Assembly (NCBI GenBank): GCA_963848355.1
Contig: CAWKDG010000001.1
Location: 413,243 to 477,242, forward strand
Length of the DNA stretch: 64,000 nt
Source: an uncultured Acidimicrobiaceae bacterium
Lineage (GTDB): Bacteria; Actinomycetota; Acidimicrobiia; Acidimicrobiales; UBA8190
Direction of reading: 5' to 3'
Below the pieces are notes generated by a model. It saw only the letters and a list, made by a program, of their open reading frames with translations, made no database searches and was not told the DNA's origin. Made by a program: the position numbers and the translations under genes. Every line of letters begins with the position of its first letter. Within the stretch, counting starts at the first letter, position 1. Shown here in pieces: positions 1-11,517 of this stretch.

Positions 1-804
1 TCCGCGCTGGCGCTGGCGGCCGACGACGCCACCGTTCTTCACGACTCGAACAGGCTCGCTCTGCGGCTGCGTCCTTGTGACGTCCTGGCCCGGGTCGCAC
101 ACCGGGCGCATCCGGGCGCACGGTTCGAAGTCGAGCTTGCACAACGGCTGGCCGAAACCGGGAGTCCCGTGGCTGCTCTCGAGCCTCGAGTAGCGCCGCT
201 CGTCCACGAGCGTGACGGCTTCGTGGTCACGCTGTGGACCTACTACGAACCTGTGGCGCCTCGGGACGCCGTCGCATCAGCCGACTACTCCGATGCGCTC
301 GGTCGGCTCCACGCCGGCATGCGGACGCTCGATGTCGCGACGCCGCACTTCACCGATCGCGTGGCTGAGGCGCAAGAACTCGTGGACAGCCGCCACCGCA
401 CACCGGCGCTCGCCGACGCCGACCGGGAGCTCCTCAGCACCACGTTACGAAGCCGCCGACGAGCGATCAGCGACCGCGACGCCCCCGAGCAGCTGCTCCA
501 CGGCGAGCCCCACCCCGGCAACGTGCTCAGCACGAAGAACGGGCTGCTCTTCATCGACCTCGAGACGTGTTGCCGCGGGCCTGTCGAATTCGACCTCGCC
601 CACGTACCCGAAGAGGTGAGCGAGCGCTATCCGGACGCCGATCAGGAACTGCTCGACGAATGCAGGATCCTCGTCCTGGCCATGGTCGCCGCGTGGCGCT
701 GGGATGCAGACGACCGATTCCCGAACGGGCGGCGCGCAGCGCGCGCCCTCACGAGCGCGCTGCGCGCCGGGGCGCCGTGGCCGGCGCCCGGCCGTCTGGT
801 GTAA
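1..804 (+). CDS. Phosphotransferase-family (APH-like) kinase, 5' end outside window
   Basis: Frame 1 is open from base 1 (SALALAADDATVLHDSNRLALRLRPCDVLARV...) and runs into listed ORF 169..804. It has the kinase-like motifs LHGEPHPGNVL and LFIDLETC. Confidence 0.65.
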   Translation, partial: SALALAADDATVLHDSNRLALRLRPCDVLARVAHRAHPGARFEVELAQRLAETGSPVAALEPRVAPLVHERDGFVVTLWTYYEPVAPRDAVASADYSDALGRLHAGMRTLDVATPHFTDRVAEAQELVDSRHRTPALADADRELLSTTLRSRRRAISDRDAPEQLLHGEPHPGNVLSTKNGLLFIDLETCCRGPVEFDLAHVPEEVSERYPDADQELLDECRILVLAMVAAWRWDADDRFPNGRRAARALTSALRAGAPWPAPGRLV

Positions 805-826
805 CCACCAGTGCGCGGGGGATCCC

Positions 827-1228
827 TCAGGAGTCGACCAGTGGGCCCAGCACCTCTCCCGGATGGCGGTAGGCCTTGATCTCGATCAGGTTGCCGCTCG
901 GGTCGGCGATCAACATCTTTCCCTGTTCGATCGCCTCGCCGGCGTACGAGATCGTCGGGGCCTCGACCACGTGGGCACTCCCGGCCAGTCGTGCCGCCAC
1001 CGTCTCCCATTCGGCCCACGCCAGGGTCGCACCGAAGTGCCGCGTGCGCGGCATCGGAGCACTCACGTGCAGAGGATCGTTCTGCAGCGTGACCTGGGCG
1101 CCGAACACCAGGGCGTCGGCGAACATCTCGGTGCGCCGGCCGATCGCCGCACCGAGGACGGTGCCGTAGAAGACCACGGCCTCCTCCAGGTCGCGTACGG
1201 GTACGGAGAGATGGAAGACCGGCCGCAT
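827..1228 (-). CDS. VOC / glyoxalase-bleomycin-resistance family protein
   Basis: 133 aa. The N-terminus MRPVFHLSVPVRDLEEAVVFYGTVLG and the C-terminus ADPSGNLIEIKAY are typical of vicinal-oxygen-chelate fold proteins. Confidence 0.7.
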   Translation of the reverse strand: MRPVFHLSVPVRDLEEAVVFYGTVLGAAIGRRTEMFADALVFGAQVTLQNDPLHVSAPMPRTRHFGATLAWAEWETVAARLAGSAHVVEAPTISYAGEAIEQGKMLIADPSGNLIEIKAYRHPGEVLGPLVDS

Positions 1229-1244
1229 CGTCGTCCCTCTGAGC

Positions 1245-2144
1245 CTATTCGGACACGCGATCGGCCACGGCCAGCATCCACCGGCCGGCGGGCTGGAGCT
1301 GATCCTGCGTATTCAGCAGTCCCGTCGACATCCGCTCGACGACTCCCCACTCCCAGATGGCGGCGGCATCGAGGTGGCACCGCCGTGCCAGCCACCGCGA
1401 CCGCTCGAACGGGTCGCCGTCGAGGAGGTCGAGAGGGTCCTCGCGCATGACGATGCCCATGTCGTACTCGGCTTCGGCCACCAGGCCGTCGGGATCGACG
1501 AGCTTGAAGCCGTCCCCCGCTTCGAGCGTATTCCACTGGTGCACGTCTCCATGGACGAGGACGGCGCGCTCGTCGTCGTGGGCGGCGACGCGACGCTCGG
1601 CGCAGGCCAGGGCATGGTCGACGGCGCGCTCCGTGCACGGGCGCCCGAGCTCCTCCCACGTCAGAGTGATGAAGTCTGCGAGCCAACGGCCTTTCTCGGC
1701 ACCCGTGGGCAGGGCGCACCCCGGTGCCGGACGCCACACCCGCTCGGCCGCCGAGCACAGGATCTCGTGCCGTTGCCCCAGCGGTAGGGCCAGTTCGGAC
1801 AGCGGACGGCCGAGTCTCTCGAGAAGCAGGGCACCACGTGCGTCGTCCTCCCGCAGGAGCTTGACGCAACCCTCTCCAGCGGTCACGCGGAGCACGGTGA
1901 TCTCGTTGCGGGCCGCCTCTCCCGGTCGTGGAACGAGCACCTTCAGCACCACCGGGGTCCCGTCGTGAGCCGTGGCCTCGGCCACGAAGGCCTCTGTGGC
2001 GTCGGCAAAGGGCCGCCCCACGACGATCGACCATGCCCGCTCGAGGTCGGCGATGAGCTCAGGAAGCTCCTCGAGCCACGACCCGGCGCCCAGGGCGACG
2101 GCCGTGCGGCGCACGACAGCGGTGACTTCGATCATCCCGATCAT
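1245..2144 (-). CDS. Aminoglycoside/hydroxyurea antibiotic-resistance kinase family (APH(6)/StrA-like) protein
   Basis: 299 aa with VLVHGDVHQWNTL (HGDxxxxN) followed by FKLVDPDG. Overall layout resembles streptomycin 6-kinase-type proteins. Confidence 0.65.
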   Translation of the reverse strand: MIGMIEVTAVVRRTAVALGAGSWLEELPELIADLERAWSIVVGRPFADATEAFVAEATAHDGTPVVLKVLVPRPGEAARNEITVLRVTAGEGCVKLLREDDARGALLLERLGRPLSELALPLGQRHEILCSAAERVWRPAPGCALPTGAEKGRWLADFITLTWEELGRPCTERAVDHALACAERRVAAHDDERAVLVHGDVHQWNTLEAGDGFKLVDPDGLVAEAEYDMGIVMREDPLDLLDGDPFERSRWLARRCHLDAAAIWEWGVVERMSTGLLNTQDQLQPAGRWMLAVADRVSE

Positions 2145-2152
2145 GGCACGCC

Positions 2153-2238
2153 GGCCAGACTCAGTCGGCCAGACTCAGTCGGCCAGACTCGGAGTCGGCC
2201 AGACTCAGTGGGCCAGACTCAGTGGGCCAGACTCAGTG
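2153..2238. repeat. Tandem repeat, six copies of a 14-16 bp unit GGCCAGACTC(A/GG)AGT(C/G)
   Basis: Read directly: ggccagactcagtc x2, ggccagactcggagtc, ggccagactcagtg x3. It fills the gap between the GNAT stop (2233) and the kinase start (2144). Confidence 0.95.
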
Positions 2239-2838
2239 GCTCGGGGACGCGCGAGCGGCGCGGGCGGCGCGGGAGGCGGTGTCGGGCTCGATGGGGAAGC
2301 GGGCGGTGGTCGTGCCGTCCTCCACGCTGGTGGTGACGGCGAATCCCGAATGCATGAAGACGTCCACCATGTCGCGGTTCTCGGCCAGGGTGTAGGCGAC
2401 GAAGGTCGAGACGCCGCTCCCCCAGGCGGCGTCGGCCAGCCGGTCGAGCAGCACGGTGGCGATCCCGTGGTGCTGATAGGCGTCGGTGACGACGAAGGCG
2501 ATCTCCGCCTCCGTCGTCCCCGGGATCCGTTCGTAGCGCCCGACGGCGACGAGGCACCCGTCATCCTCGACGATGAGGGCGAGCCGGTCGAGGTAATCGA
2601 CCGTGGTGAACCTCTCGACCTCGGCCGCCGAGAGTCTCGGGTGCGCGAAGAGGAAGCGCCGGTAGACCGAGCGGGGCGAGAGGAGCTCGTGGAAAGCCAC
2701 CAGGCGGGGGGCGTCGTCGGGCCGGATCGGACGCAGGTCGAGCCGCGCTCCGTCACGGGTCGTCACTTCACACTCGAGCTCCGTCGGGTAGCGGGTGACC
2801 GGCTCCCCGCGACGCAGCGTCGTCCGTGCGGCCGCCAC
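2233..2838 (-). CDS. GNAT family N-acetyltransferase
   Basis: 201 aa with IRPDDAPRLVAFHELLSPRSVYRRF and an acetyl-CoA-site-like segment AYQHHGIATVLLDRLADAA. Confidence 0.7.
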   Translation of the reverse strand: MAAARTTLRRGEPVTRYPTELECEVTTRDGARLDLRPIRPDDAPRLVAFHELLSPRSVYRRFLFAHPRLSAAEVERFTTVDYLDRLALIVEDDGCLVAVGRYERIPGTTEAEIAFVVTDAYQHHGIATVLLDRLADAAWGSGVSTFVAYTLAENRDMVDVFMHSGFAVTTSVEDGTTTARFPIEPDTASRAARAARASPSH

Positions 2839-3039
2839 CTACCCGACGTTCCCGGTGAGGATCAGACCCATCGTCCTGCCTCCATCTCGTGACCGTGGCC
2901 GTCGGTGCGAAAGAGGCGGGGTCCAGGACCCTTCAGCCTTGTCATCGTATCACGGCACCCCAGGTGCTCTTCGACGAAAGTCGTGCACGACGAGCATGTT
3001 TCGCCGACTCCGCAGTGTCAGCGGATCCTCGGCGCAGGG

Positions 3040-4581
3040 TCAGCGCAACGCCAGCTGGCCGGGAACGAGAGGCGCGGGCAACGCCGTGTCGCCCATCAGC
3101 GCCCGATCGACCCCGGCCGCACACGACCGTCCCTCGGCGATGGCCCACACGATCAGGCTCTGGCCGCGGGTCATGTCCCCGCAGACGAAGACCCGGTCGT
3201 GGCTCGTGGCCCAGTTCCCGTCACAGGCCACGTTGCCGCGGGCATCGAGCTCGAGCTCGAGCTCGGCCACCACCCCGCGCCGCTCCGTGCCCAGAAAGCC
3301 CATGGCCAGGAGCACCAGTTCGCAGGGCAGCTCGAACTCCGTCCCCGCGACGGGCTCCATCACGGGCCGGCCGTCGACGACCGACATCTCGACCTCGTGG
3401 CCGCGCAGCGCGCCGACGGCACCCGTGCCGTCGTCGACGAACTCCGTCGTCGTCACCGCGTAGACACGCTCACCTCCTTCCTCGTGAGCCGACGAGGTGC
3501 GGTAGACGAGAGGCCATGTCGGCCACGGATTGTCGCCGGGGCGGGCGTCGGGGGGCCGGGGCAGGATCTCGAACTGGTGCACCGAGGCGGCCCCCTGCCG
3601 ATGGGTCGTCCCCAGGCAGTCGGCGCCGGTGTCGCCGCCGCCGATGATCACGACGTGCTTGCCCTGCGCCGTGATCGACGGCTCGGCCAACGCTCCCTCG
3701 CGCACCAGGTTCGACGGCTTCAGGTACTCCATGGCTCCGTGCACCCCCCGCAGCTCCCGCCCGGGGACGGGCAGGTCACGCGGCAGCGTGGCCCCGCCGG
3801 CCAGGACGACGGCGTCGAACCGGTCGAGCAACTCCGTGGCCGCCACCACGGCGACGTCGGGGGCGTTCGCCGTCCCCGGCCCTCGCCGCTCCCCCGGTTC
3901 GAGCTCGGCGACCGGCGTGTCCGGTGCCGTCCCCACGGCCGTGGCGCAGCGGAACGTGACCCCTTCGGCCTCGAGCTGGGCCAGACGGCGGTCGAGGACG
4001 GCTTTCTCCATCTTGAACTCGGGGATGCCGTAGCGCAGAAGACCACCGGGCCGCTCGGCGCGTTCGAACACGACGACGTCGTGCCCGGCGCGCGCCAGCT
4101 GCTGGGCGCAGGCCAGTCCCGACGGACCGGATCCGACGACGGCCACCGACCGCCCGGTGCGGACCTCCGCTACCTGGGGCACCACCCACTGCTCGGCGAA
4201 GGCCCGCTCGGCGATCTCGTACTCGACGCGTTCGATGGTGACCGGTTCGGCGTTGATCCCGAGAACGCAGGCCCCCTCGCACGGCGCCGGGCACAGGCGG
4301 CCCGTGAATTCGGGGAAGTTGTTGGTGGCATGGAGGCGCTCGGCCGCCTCTTCCCACTGCCCCCGCCAGACCAGGTCGTTCCACTCGGGGATGAGATTGC
4401 CCAGAGGACACCCTTCGTGGCAGAAGGGAATACCGCAGTCCATGCACCGGGCCCCCTGCTGGCGGGCCGACTCCTCGGGGAACGGCTCGTAGACCTCGCG
4501 CCAGTCCCGGATGCGGACGGGGATGGGGCGGCGCCCGGGAAGACGACGGGGGAACTCGACGAAGCCTGTGGGCTTTCCCAT
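3040..4581 (-). CDS. gltD: Glutamate synthase (NADPH) small subunit
   Basis: 513 aa. MGKPTGFVEFPRR..., Fe-S cysteine motifs (CMDCGIPFCHEGCP), Rossmann motif VAVVGSGPSGLACA. It lies directly downstream of gltB. Confidence 0.9.
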   Translation of the reverse strand: MGKPTGFVEFPRRLPGRRPIPVRIRDWREVYEPFPEESARQQGARCMDCGIPFCHEGCPLGNLIPEWNDLVWRGQWEEAAERLHATNNFPEFTGRLCPAPCEGACVLGINAEPVTIERVEYEIAERAFAEQWVVPQVAEVRTGRSVAVVGSGPSGLACAQQLARAGHDVVVFERAERPGGLLRYGIPEFKMEKAVLDRRLAQLEAEGVTFRCATAVGTAPDTPVAELEPGERRGPGTANAPDVAVVAATELLDRFDAVVLAGGATLPRDLPVPGRELRGVHGAMEYLKPSNLVREGALAEPSITAQGKHVVIIGGGDTGADCLGTTHRQGAASVHQFEILPRPPDARPGDNPWPTWPLVYRTSSAHEEGGERVYAVTTTEFVDDGTGAVGALRGHEVEMSVVDGRPVMEPVAGTEFELPCELVLLAMGFLGTERRGVVAELELELDARGNVACDGNWATSHDRVFVCGDMTRGQSLIVWAIAEGRSCAAGVDRALMGDTALPAPLVPGQLALR

Positions 4582-4585
4582 CAGA

Positions 4586-7500
4586 TCAGGCGCGCGCCGC
4601 GGCCATGACGGCGTCGTCGACGGACCGGCCCTCTTCGACAGCCAGCCGCGTGGCTTCGAGCACCCGGCGGTAGTCGCGGGGCATGACCTTCACGAACTGC
4701 GCCACCGCGCTCCCCCACGCCGCCAGCAGGCGCTCGGCCACGGCCGATCCGGTTTCGGCCAGGTGGCGGTCGACGATGTCGACGAGCCACTGGCGGTCCT
4801 CGGCATCGAGGGACTCGAGCTCCACCTTCTCGGGATTGACCCGGCCGGCCAGGGTGCCGTCGGGATCGTGGACGTAGGCGATGCCCCCCGACATCCCGGC
4901 CCCGAAATTTCGCCCCGTGGTGCCGAGGACGACGACCCGCCCGCCCGTCATGTATTCGCAGCCGTGGTCGCCGACACCCTCGACCACGGCCACGGCGCCC
5001 GAGTTGCGGACACAGAAGCGCTCCCCCACCTGGCCGCGGATGAAAGCCTCGCCGGCGGTGGCGCCGTAGAGGATGACGTTGCCGGCGATGATCTGATCCT
5101 CGGCGGCGAAGGAGGAGACCTCCGGCGGCCGCACGACCACGCGGCCCCCGGACAGGCCCTTGGCCAGATAGTCGTTGGCGTCGCCGATCAGCCGCAGCGT
5201 CACGCCACGGGGGACGAAGGCGCCGAAGCTCTGGCCCGCCGATCCCCGGAAGGTCAGCACGATGCTGTCGTCGGGGAGGCCGGCCGCTCCGTGGCGCCTG
5301 GTGATCTCGTAGCCGAGAAGGGTGCCCACGGTGCGGTCGACATTGGAGATGGCCATCTCGATCTCGAGCGGGTGCCCGTCGGCGGTGCCGCCCGCCTCGA
5401 TCACGGGCCGGCAGGCGTCGAGGAAGCGATGGTCGAGGGCGGCCTCGAGACCGTGGTCCTGGATGCACGAGCAGTACCGGTCGGTGGGCGGTCCCATTTC
5501 GGGGGCGGCCAGGACGGGACTCAGATCGAGGCCCTGGGCCTTGTAATGCTCGACGGCCGTGGCGGTGTCGAGCAGATCGACGCGCCCGACGGCCTCCTCG
5601 ATGGACCGGAGACCGAGGGCGGCGAGGTACTCGCGCACCTCCTCGGCGATGAACTCGAAGAAGTTCTCCACGAACTCCGGGGTGCCCGAGAAGCGCTTGC
5701 GCAGCTCGGGATTCTGGGTGGCGATCCCCACCGGGCAGGTGTCGAGATGGCAGACGCGCATCATGATGCAGCCCGAGACGACCAGGGGGGCGGTGGCGAA
5801 CCCGAACTCCTCCGCACCGAGCAGGGCGCCGATCACGACGTCGCGTCCCGTCTTCAGCTGTCCGTCGACCTGGACGACGATCCGGTCGCGCAGTCCGTTG
5901 GAGACGAGGGTCTGCTGCGTCTCGGCCAGGCCGAGCTCCCAGGGGATCCCGGCGTGCTTGAGCGAGGTGAGAGGGCTGGCCCCCGTTCCCCCGTCGTGGC
6001 CCGAGATGAGCACGACGTCGGACTTGGCCTTGGCCACGCCGGCGGCGACAGTGCCCACGCCCACCTCGGCCACCAGCTTCACGTGGATCCGGGCCGACGG
6101 GTTGGCCGACTTCAGGTCGTGGATGAGCTGGGCGATGTCCTCGATGGAGTAGATGTCGTGGTGCGGGGGCGGCGAGATGAGCTCGACACCGGGGGTCGAG
6201 AGGCGGGTGCGGGCGATCCACGGGTGCACCTTGAACCCCGGCAACTGGCCGCCTTCTCCGGGCTTGGCCCCCTGGGCGATCTTGATCTGGAGGTCGTCGG
6301 CGTTCACCAGGTACTCGCTCGTCACGCCGAAGCGGGCCGAGGCCACCTGCTTGACGGCGCTGCGGCGGAGGTCGCCGTTGGTGTCGGGGGTGTAGCGGTC
6401 GGCGTCCTCCCCACCCTCGCCCGTGTTCGACTTCCCGCCCAGGCGGTTCATGGCGATGGCCAGGTTCTCGTGGGCTTCGGCCGAGATCGATCCGTAGGAC
6501 ATCGCCCCCGTGGCGAACCTCTTCACGATGTCGGAGACCGACTCGACCTCCTCGACGGGCACCGGCGGCAGGGCCCCGGTGCGCAACCGGAGCAGGCCCC
6601 GCAAGGTGGCCAGGTGCTCGGACTGGTCGTCGACGAGGCTCGTGTACTGCTTGAAGATGTCGTAGCGCTTGGTGCGCGTGGCGTGCTGGAGCTTGAAGAC
6701 CGTCTTCGGGTTGAAGAGATGGATCTCGCCCTCCCGCCGCCACTGGTACTCCCCGCCCGGCTCGCGCTCGCGATGGGCCCGCGACGTCGGGTGCGGGAGA
6801 TGGGCCATGTGGTGGCGCTCGGCCACCTCGCGGGCGAGGACGTCGAGGCCGACACCGCCGATGCGACTGACGGTGCCGGTGAAGTACTCGTCGACGAGAT
6901 CGTGGGCCAGCCCCACGGCCTCGAAGATCTGCGCCCCCGTGTACGAGGCCACGGTCGAGACGCCCATCTTGGACATGACCTTGATGACGCCCTTGCAGGC
7001 CGCCTTGATGTAGTTGGCCCGGGCGTGGCGCGCCGTCACCCCTTCGAGGACACCGGTGGCGATCATGTCGTCGATGGTCTCGAAGGCCAGATAGGGATTC
7101 ACGGCCGACGCCCCGAAGCCGATGAGCAGCGCCATGTGGTGCACCTCGCGGGCGTCGCCCGCCTCGACCACGAGGCCGACGCGCGTGCGGGTCTTGGTAC
7201 GGACGAGGTGCTCGTGGACGGCCGCCGTGAGCAGCAGCGACGGGATGGGGGCCATCGTGGCGTTGGAGTTGCGGTCGGACAGGATGACGATGTTCGACCC
7301 GAGCGAGATGGCGATGCTGACGCGGCGCCGGACCTCCTCGATGGCGGCGTCGAGTGCGGGCCCACCCCCGGTGGGGTCGAAGAGCCCGTCGATGGCGAAC
7401 GCCTTGAAGCCCGGCGTCTCGCCGTGCTCGTTGACGTAGAGCAGCTTGGCCAGGTCGTCGTTGTCGATCACCGGGTACGGGAGGATGATCTGGCGGCACG

Positions 7501-9151
7501 ACGCCGCCGTGGGCGCCAGGAGATTGCCCTCGGGGCCGAGGCGGGAGCGGGCCGAGGTGACGAGCTCCTCACGGATGGCGTCGAGGGGTGGGTTCGTCAC
7601 CTGGGCGAAGAGCTGGGTGAAGTAGTCGTAGAGCAGGCGGGGGCGGTCCGACAGCGAGGCCAGGGCGGCGTCGTTGCCCATCGACCCGGTCGGTTCGATC
7701 CCGGCCCGGGCCATGGGGGCCACGATGAGGCGCAGCTCCTCGTTGGTGTAGCCGAAGAGGCGCTGATGGGTCACCACCGACGCGTGCTGGGGTGTGAGCA
7801 TGAGGCGCAGGGGCAGGTCGTCGAGGTCCACCTGGCCCTCGGCCAGCCACTGCCCGTAGGGGTGCTCGGCGGCCAGGGTGGCCTTGATCTCGGCGTCGTC
7901 GACGATCCGGCCCTGCGCCGTGTCGACCAGGAACATCCGCCCCGGTTGCAGGCGGCCCTTGCGCACGACCGTGGCCGGGTCGATGTCGAGGACGCCGACC
8001 TCCGAGGCCAGGACGACGAGGCCGTCGTCGGTCACCCAGTACCGCGCCGGGCGCAGCCCGTTGCGGTCGAGGACGCCCCCGGCCACCGTGCCGTCGGTGA
8101 AGACGACGGCGGCGGGCCCGTCCCACGGTTCCATGAGCGACGCGTGGAAGCGGTAGAAGTCGCGCCGGGCCGCGTCCATCTGCGTGTGGTTCTCCCAGGC
8201 CTCGGGGATCATCATGAGCACGGCGTGGGGCAGGCTGCGCCCGCCCAGGTGGAGCAGCTCGAGCACCTCGTCGAAGGTGGCCGAGTCGCTTCCCTCGGGA
8301 TCGCAGACGGGGAAGAGACGCTCGAGGTCGCCGGGAAGCAGGTCGCTTTCGAGCAACGCCTCGCGCGCCCGCATCCAGTTCCGGTTCCCCCGCAGGGTGT
8401 TGATCTCACCGTTGTGGGCCAGGTAGCGGTAGGGATGGGCCAGGGGCCACGACGGGAAGGTGTTGGTCGAGAAGCGGGAGTGGACGAGGGCCAACCCGCT
8501 GTCGAACCGTTCGTCGGACAGGTCGGGAAAGAAGGGGTCGAGCTGGAGGGGGGTGAGCATGCCCTTGTAGACGATCGTGCGCGCCGAGAGGGACACGATG
8601 TGGACACCGTGGATCTCGTGCTCCACGCGCTTGCGCAGGCAGAAGGTGAGGCGGTCGAGACCGAGGGCGTCGATCGGGCCCGGGACACCGACGCTCGGGG
8701 CCACCACCACCTGGCGCAGTCGCGGCATGGCCTGGCGGGCCGACTTCCCCAGAGGTCCCGGCTCGACGGGGACGTCGCGCCAGGCCAGGACGCGCAGGTT
8801 CTCCTCGGCCGCCAGCTGGGCCAGGCGGTGCTCGGCCTTGGCGGCATCGTCGGCGTCGGGGGGGAGGAAGACCATGCCGGCGGCGTAGCCTCCGGCCTCG
8901 GGGAGCTCCACGTCGAGGACGCCGGAAAGGAAGCGGTGCGGGATCTGGACGAGGATCCCGGCCCCGTCACCGGTGGCGGCCTCGGCGCCGGTGGCGCCGC
9001 GGTGGGCCAGGTGTTCGAGGGCGGTGACGGCCTGGCGCACGAGGGCATGGCTGCGCCGCCCGTGGAGATCGGCCACCAGGGCGATACCGCAGGCGTCGTG
9101 CTCGAACGCGGGGTCGTACAAACCCGTGGTGGGTGTCTGCGAGGTCGTCAA
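4586..9151 (-). CDS. gltB: Glutamate synthase large subunit
   Basis: 1521 aa with N-terminal amidotransferase nucleophile [12 protein letters not shown] and the FMN/Fe-S and GXGXG-type C-terminal domain signatures. All long + strand ORFs across this span are antisense shadows. Confidence 0.95.
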   Translation of the reverse strand: MTTSQTPTTGLYDPAFEHDACGIALVADLHGRRSHALVRQAVTALEHLAHRGATGAEAATGDGAGILVQIPHRFLSGVLDVELPEAGGYAAGMVFLPPDADDAAKAEHRLAQLAAEENLRVLAWRDVPVEPGPLGKSARQAMPRLRQVVVAPSVGVPGPIDALGLDRLTFCLRKRVEHEIHGVHIVSLSARTIVYKGMLTPLQLDPFFPDLSDERFDSGLALVHSRFSTNTFPSWPLAHPYRYLAHNGEINTLRGNRNWMRAREALLESDLLPGDLERLFPVCDPEGSDSATFDEVLELLHLGGRSLPHAVLMMIPEAWENHTQMDAARRDFYRFHASLMEPWDGPAAVVFTDGTVAGGVLDRNGLRPARYWVTDDGLVVLASEVGVLDIDPATVVRKGRLQPGRMFLVDTAQGRIVDDAEIKATLAAEHPYGQWLAEGQVDLDDLPLRLMLTPQHASVVTHQRLFGYTNEELRLIVAPMARAGIEPTGSMGNDAALASLSDRPRLLYDYFTQLFAQVTNPPLDAIREELVTSARSRLGPEGNLLAPTAASCRQIILPYPVIDNDDLAKLLYVNEHGETPGFKAFAIDGLFDPTGGGPALDAAIEEVRRRVSIAISLGSNIVILSDRNSNATMAPIPSLLLTAAVHEHLVRTKTRTRVGLVVEAGDAREVHHMALLIGFGASAVNPYLAFETIDDMIATGVLEGVTARHARANYIKAACKGVIKVMSKMGVSTVASYTGAQIFEAVGLAHDLVDEYFTGTVSRIGGVGLDVLAREVAERHHMAHLPHPTSRAHREREPGGEYQWRREGEIHLFNPKTVFKLQHATRTKRYDIFKQYTSLVDDQSEHLATLRGLLRLRTGALPPVPVEEVESVSDIVKRFATGAMSYGSISAEAHENLAIAMNRLGGKSNTGEGGEDADRYTPDTNGDLRRSAVKQVASARFGVTSEYLVNADDLQIKIAQGAKPGEGGQLPGFKVHPWIARTRLSTPGVELISPPPHHDIYSIEDIAQLIHDLKSANPSARIHVKLVAEVGVGTVAAGVAKAKSDVVLISGHDGGTGASPLTSLKHAGIPWELGLAETQQTLVSNGLRDRIVVQVDGQLKTGRDVVIGALLGAEEFGFATAPLVVSGCIMMRVCHLDTCPVGIATQNPELRKRFSGTPEFVENFFEFIAEEVREYLAALGLRSIEEAVGRVDLLDTATAVEHYKAQGLDLSPVLAAPEMGPPTDRYCSCIQDHGLEAALDHRFLDACRPVIEAGGTADGHPLEIEMAISNVDRTVGTLLGYEITRRHGAAGLPDDSIVLTFRGSAGQSFGAFVPRGVTLRLIGDANDYLAKGLSGGRVVVRPPEVSSFAAEDQIIAGNVILYGATAGEAFIRGQVGERFCVRNSGAVAVVEGVGDHGCEYMTGGRVVVLGTTGRNFGAGMSGGIAYVHDPDGTLAGRVNPEKVELESLDAEDRQWLVDIVDRHLAETGSAVAERLLAAWGSAVAQFVKVMPRDYRRVLEATRLAVEEGRSVDDAVMAAARA

Positions 9152-9294
9152 CGGCGTTTCTCCGTGGTCCGTGCGCGGAGGTGGGCGGGATGCTTCGTGC
9201 TGCCGCCCGGGACGACACTGGCCCTGCTGCAGTCCTCATAGGATACATGCGTGACTGGGCGACCACGGACACGGGGCCGGCGACGGTCGAGGTC

Positions 9295-10482
9295 ATGACG
9301 CCGGGCGGCGCCGGCCGCCCGGGGGCCCCGGCACAGGGTTATGACGCCGTCGTCGTCGGAGGCGGGACCATCGGCCTGACGTGCGCATGGCGGATGGCCG
9401 GGCGGGGGCTGCACGTGGCCGTGGTCGACCCCGAACCGGGCCGGGGGGCGTCGTGGGTGGCCGCCGGGATGCTCGCCCCCGTGACCGAGGTGCACTACAC
9501 CGAGGAGCGGCTGATCGCGCTCACCATGGCGTCGGCCCGACGGTGGCCGTCGTTCGCCGTCGAGCTCGAGGCCGACGCCGGCTCGGCCATCGCCTACCGC
9601 ACCTGCGGGACGTTGGTGGTGGACGGCGACGACGACGACCGGGCCTGGTCCGACGAGCTCTTCCGCTTCCAGCGCTCGCTCGGACTGGACGTCGAACGCC
9701 TGAACGGGCGGCGGGTGCGTCAGCTCGAGCCCAACATCGCCCCCGGTGTGCGGTCGGGACTGCTGGCCAACGGCGATCACCAGGTGCAGACGCGCCGCCT
9801 GGTGACGGCCCTGCTCGCCGCCGGCACCGCCCGCGGGGTGCAGTGGCACCGTTTCCCGGCCACGGCCATCGACGTGGCCGGCGGGACGGTGCGCGGCGTC
9901 GAGGTGAACGGCGAGAGCCTGCGCACCCCGGTGGTCGTGCTGGCCGCCGGATGCTGGTCGGGATCGATCGCCGGCGTCCCCCCGGGCGTGGTTCCGCCCG
10001 TGCGCCCGGTGAAGGGGCAGATCCTGCGGCTGGCCGGTGAGGCCCGGCGCATCCTATTGCAGCGGTCGGTGCGGGGCCTCGTCCAGGGATCGTCGGTCTA
10101 CCTGGTGCCGCGCGCCGACGGCACCGTCGTCATCGGGGCGACGGTCGAGGAGCGCGGCTTCGACACCACCGTCACCGCCGGCGCCGTCTACGAGCTGCTG
10201 CGCGACGCCCGGCGGGTGGTGCCCGGGGTGGCCGAACTCGAACTGGTCGAGGCCCGGGCCGGTCTCCGCCCGGGATCGCCCGACAACGCCCCCGTCGTGG
10301 GCACCACGACGGTCACCGGTCTCGTCCTGGCCACCGGTCACTACCGCAACGGGATCCTCCTCTCCCCCCTCACGGCCGACGCCGTCGCCGCCGTGGTCGC
10401 CGGCGAAGAGGTCCCGCCCGAGATGGCACCGTTCACCCCGGCACGCTTCGCCCCCAAGCGGTCGGCGACGGCGACCCTGTGA
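9295..10482 (+). CDS. thiO: Glycine oxidase
   Basis: FAD motif YDAVVVGGGTIGLTCAW right after ATG 9295. The listed ORF starts at 9133, but that part overlaps gltB. It lies upstream of thiS-thiG. Confidence 0.8.
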   Translation: MTPGGAGRPGAPAQGYDAVVVGGGTIGLTCAWRMAGRGLHVAVVDPEPGRGASWVAAGMLAPVTEVHYTEERLIALTMASARRWPSFAVELEADAGSAIAYRTCGTLVVDGDDDDRAWSDELFRFQRSLGLDVERLNGRRVRQLEPNIAPGVRSGLLANGDHQVQTRRLVTALLAAGTARGVQWHRFPATAIDVAGGTVRGVEVNGESLRTPVVVLAAGCWSGSIAGVPPGVVPPVRPVKGQILRLAGEARRILLQRSVRGLVQGSSVYLVPRADGTVVIGATVEERGFDTTVTAGAVYELLRDARRVVPGVAELELVEARAGLRPGSPDNAPVVGTTTVTGLVLATGHYRNGILLSPLTADAVAAVVAGEEVPPEMAPFTPARFAPKRSATATL

Positions 10483-10506
10483 CGGCGACACTGTGACGGC
10501 GACACT

Positions 10507-10521
<15 letters not shown>
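10470..10521. repeat. 14-bp tandem repeat (about 3.7 copies) spanning the thiO stop and thiS start
   Basis: ggcgaccctgtgac / ggcgacactgtgac / ggcgacactgtgat / gacgacactgg, read directly. Confidence 0.9.
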
Positions 10522-11503
<982 letters not shown>

Positions 11504-11517
11504 AAGCCCGGCACCCC

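Noticed and set aside
2153-2238. CRISPR array (also considered for the repeats at 10470, 12975 and 28199)
   Set aside because: The units are directly abutting 13-18 bp tandem copies with no unique spacers, and no cas genes are present.
4511-9241. 1576-aa + strand ORF, along with similar giants (2905..4608 +, 17870..19672 -, 55575..57347 +, 29301..31280 +, 53992..56229 +)
   Set aside because: They lie antisense to strongly recognisable genes (gltB, gltD, the S9 peptidase/YhdH, argD/argB, korA, the arg genes). Their translations are Arg/Gly/Pro/Asp-rich low-complexity sequence typical of stop-poor shadow frames in high-GC DNA.
9230-9275. GlnR-type box (GTGAC-n6-ACCAC) in the gltB/thiO divergent region
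   Set aside because: It has only a loose resemblance to gTnAc-n6-GaAAc, and a single half-site-quality match is not enough.
9152-9294. TPP (THI-box) riboswitch expected upstream of thiOSGD
   Set aside because: I looked for the conserved CUGAGA and ACCUGAUCNGGNUAAUNCC-type elements on the + strand and did not find them; only a short GGGCGG/CCGCCC hairpin is present. Absence by eye is not proof, so an RF00059 cmsearch would settle it.
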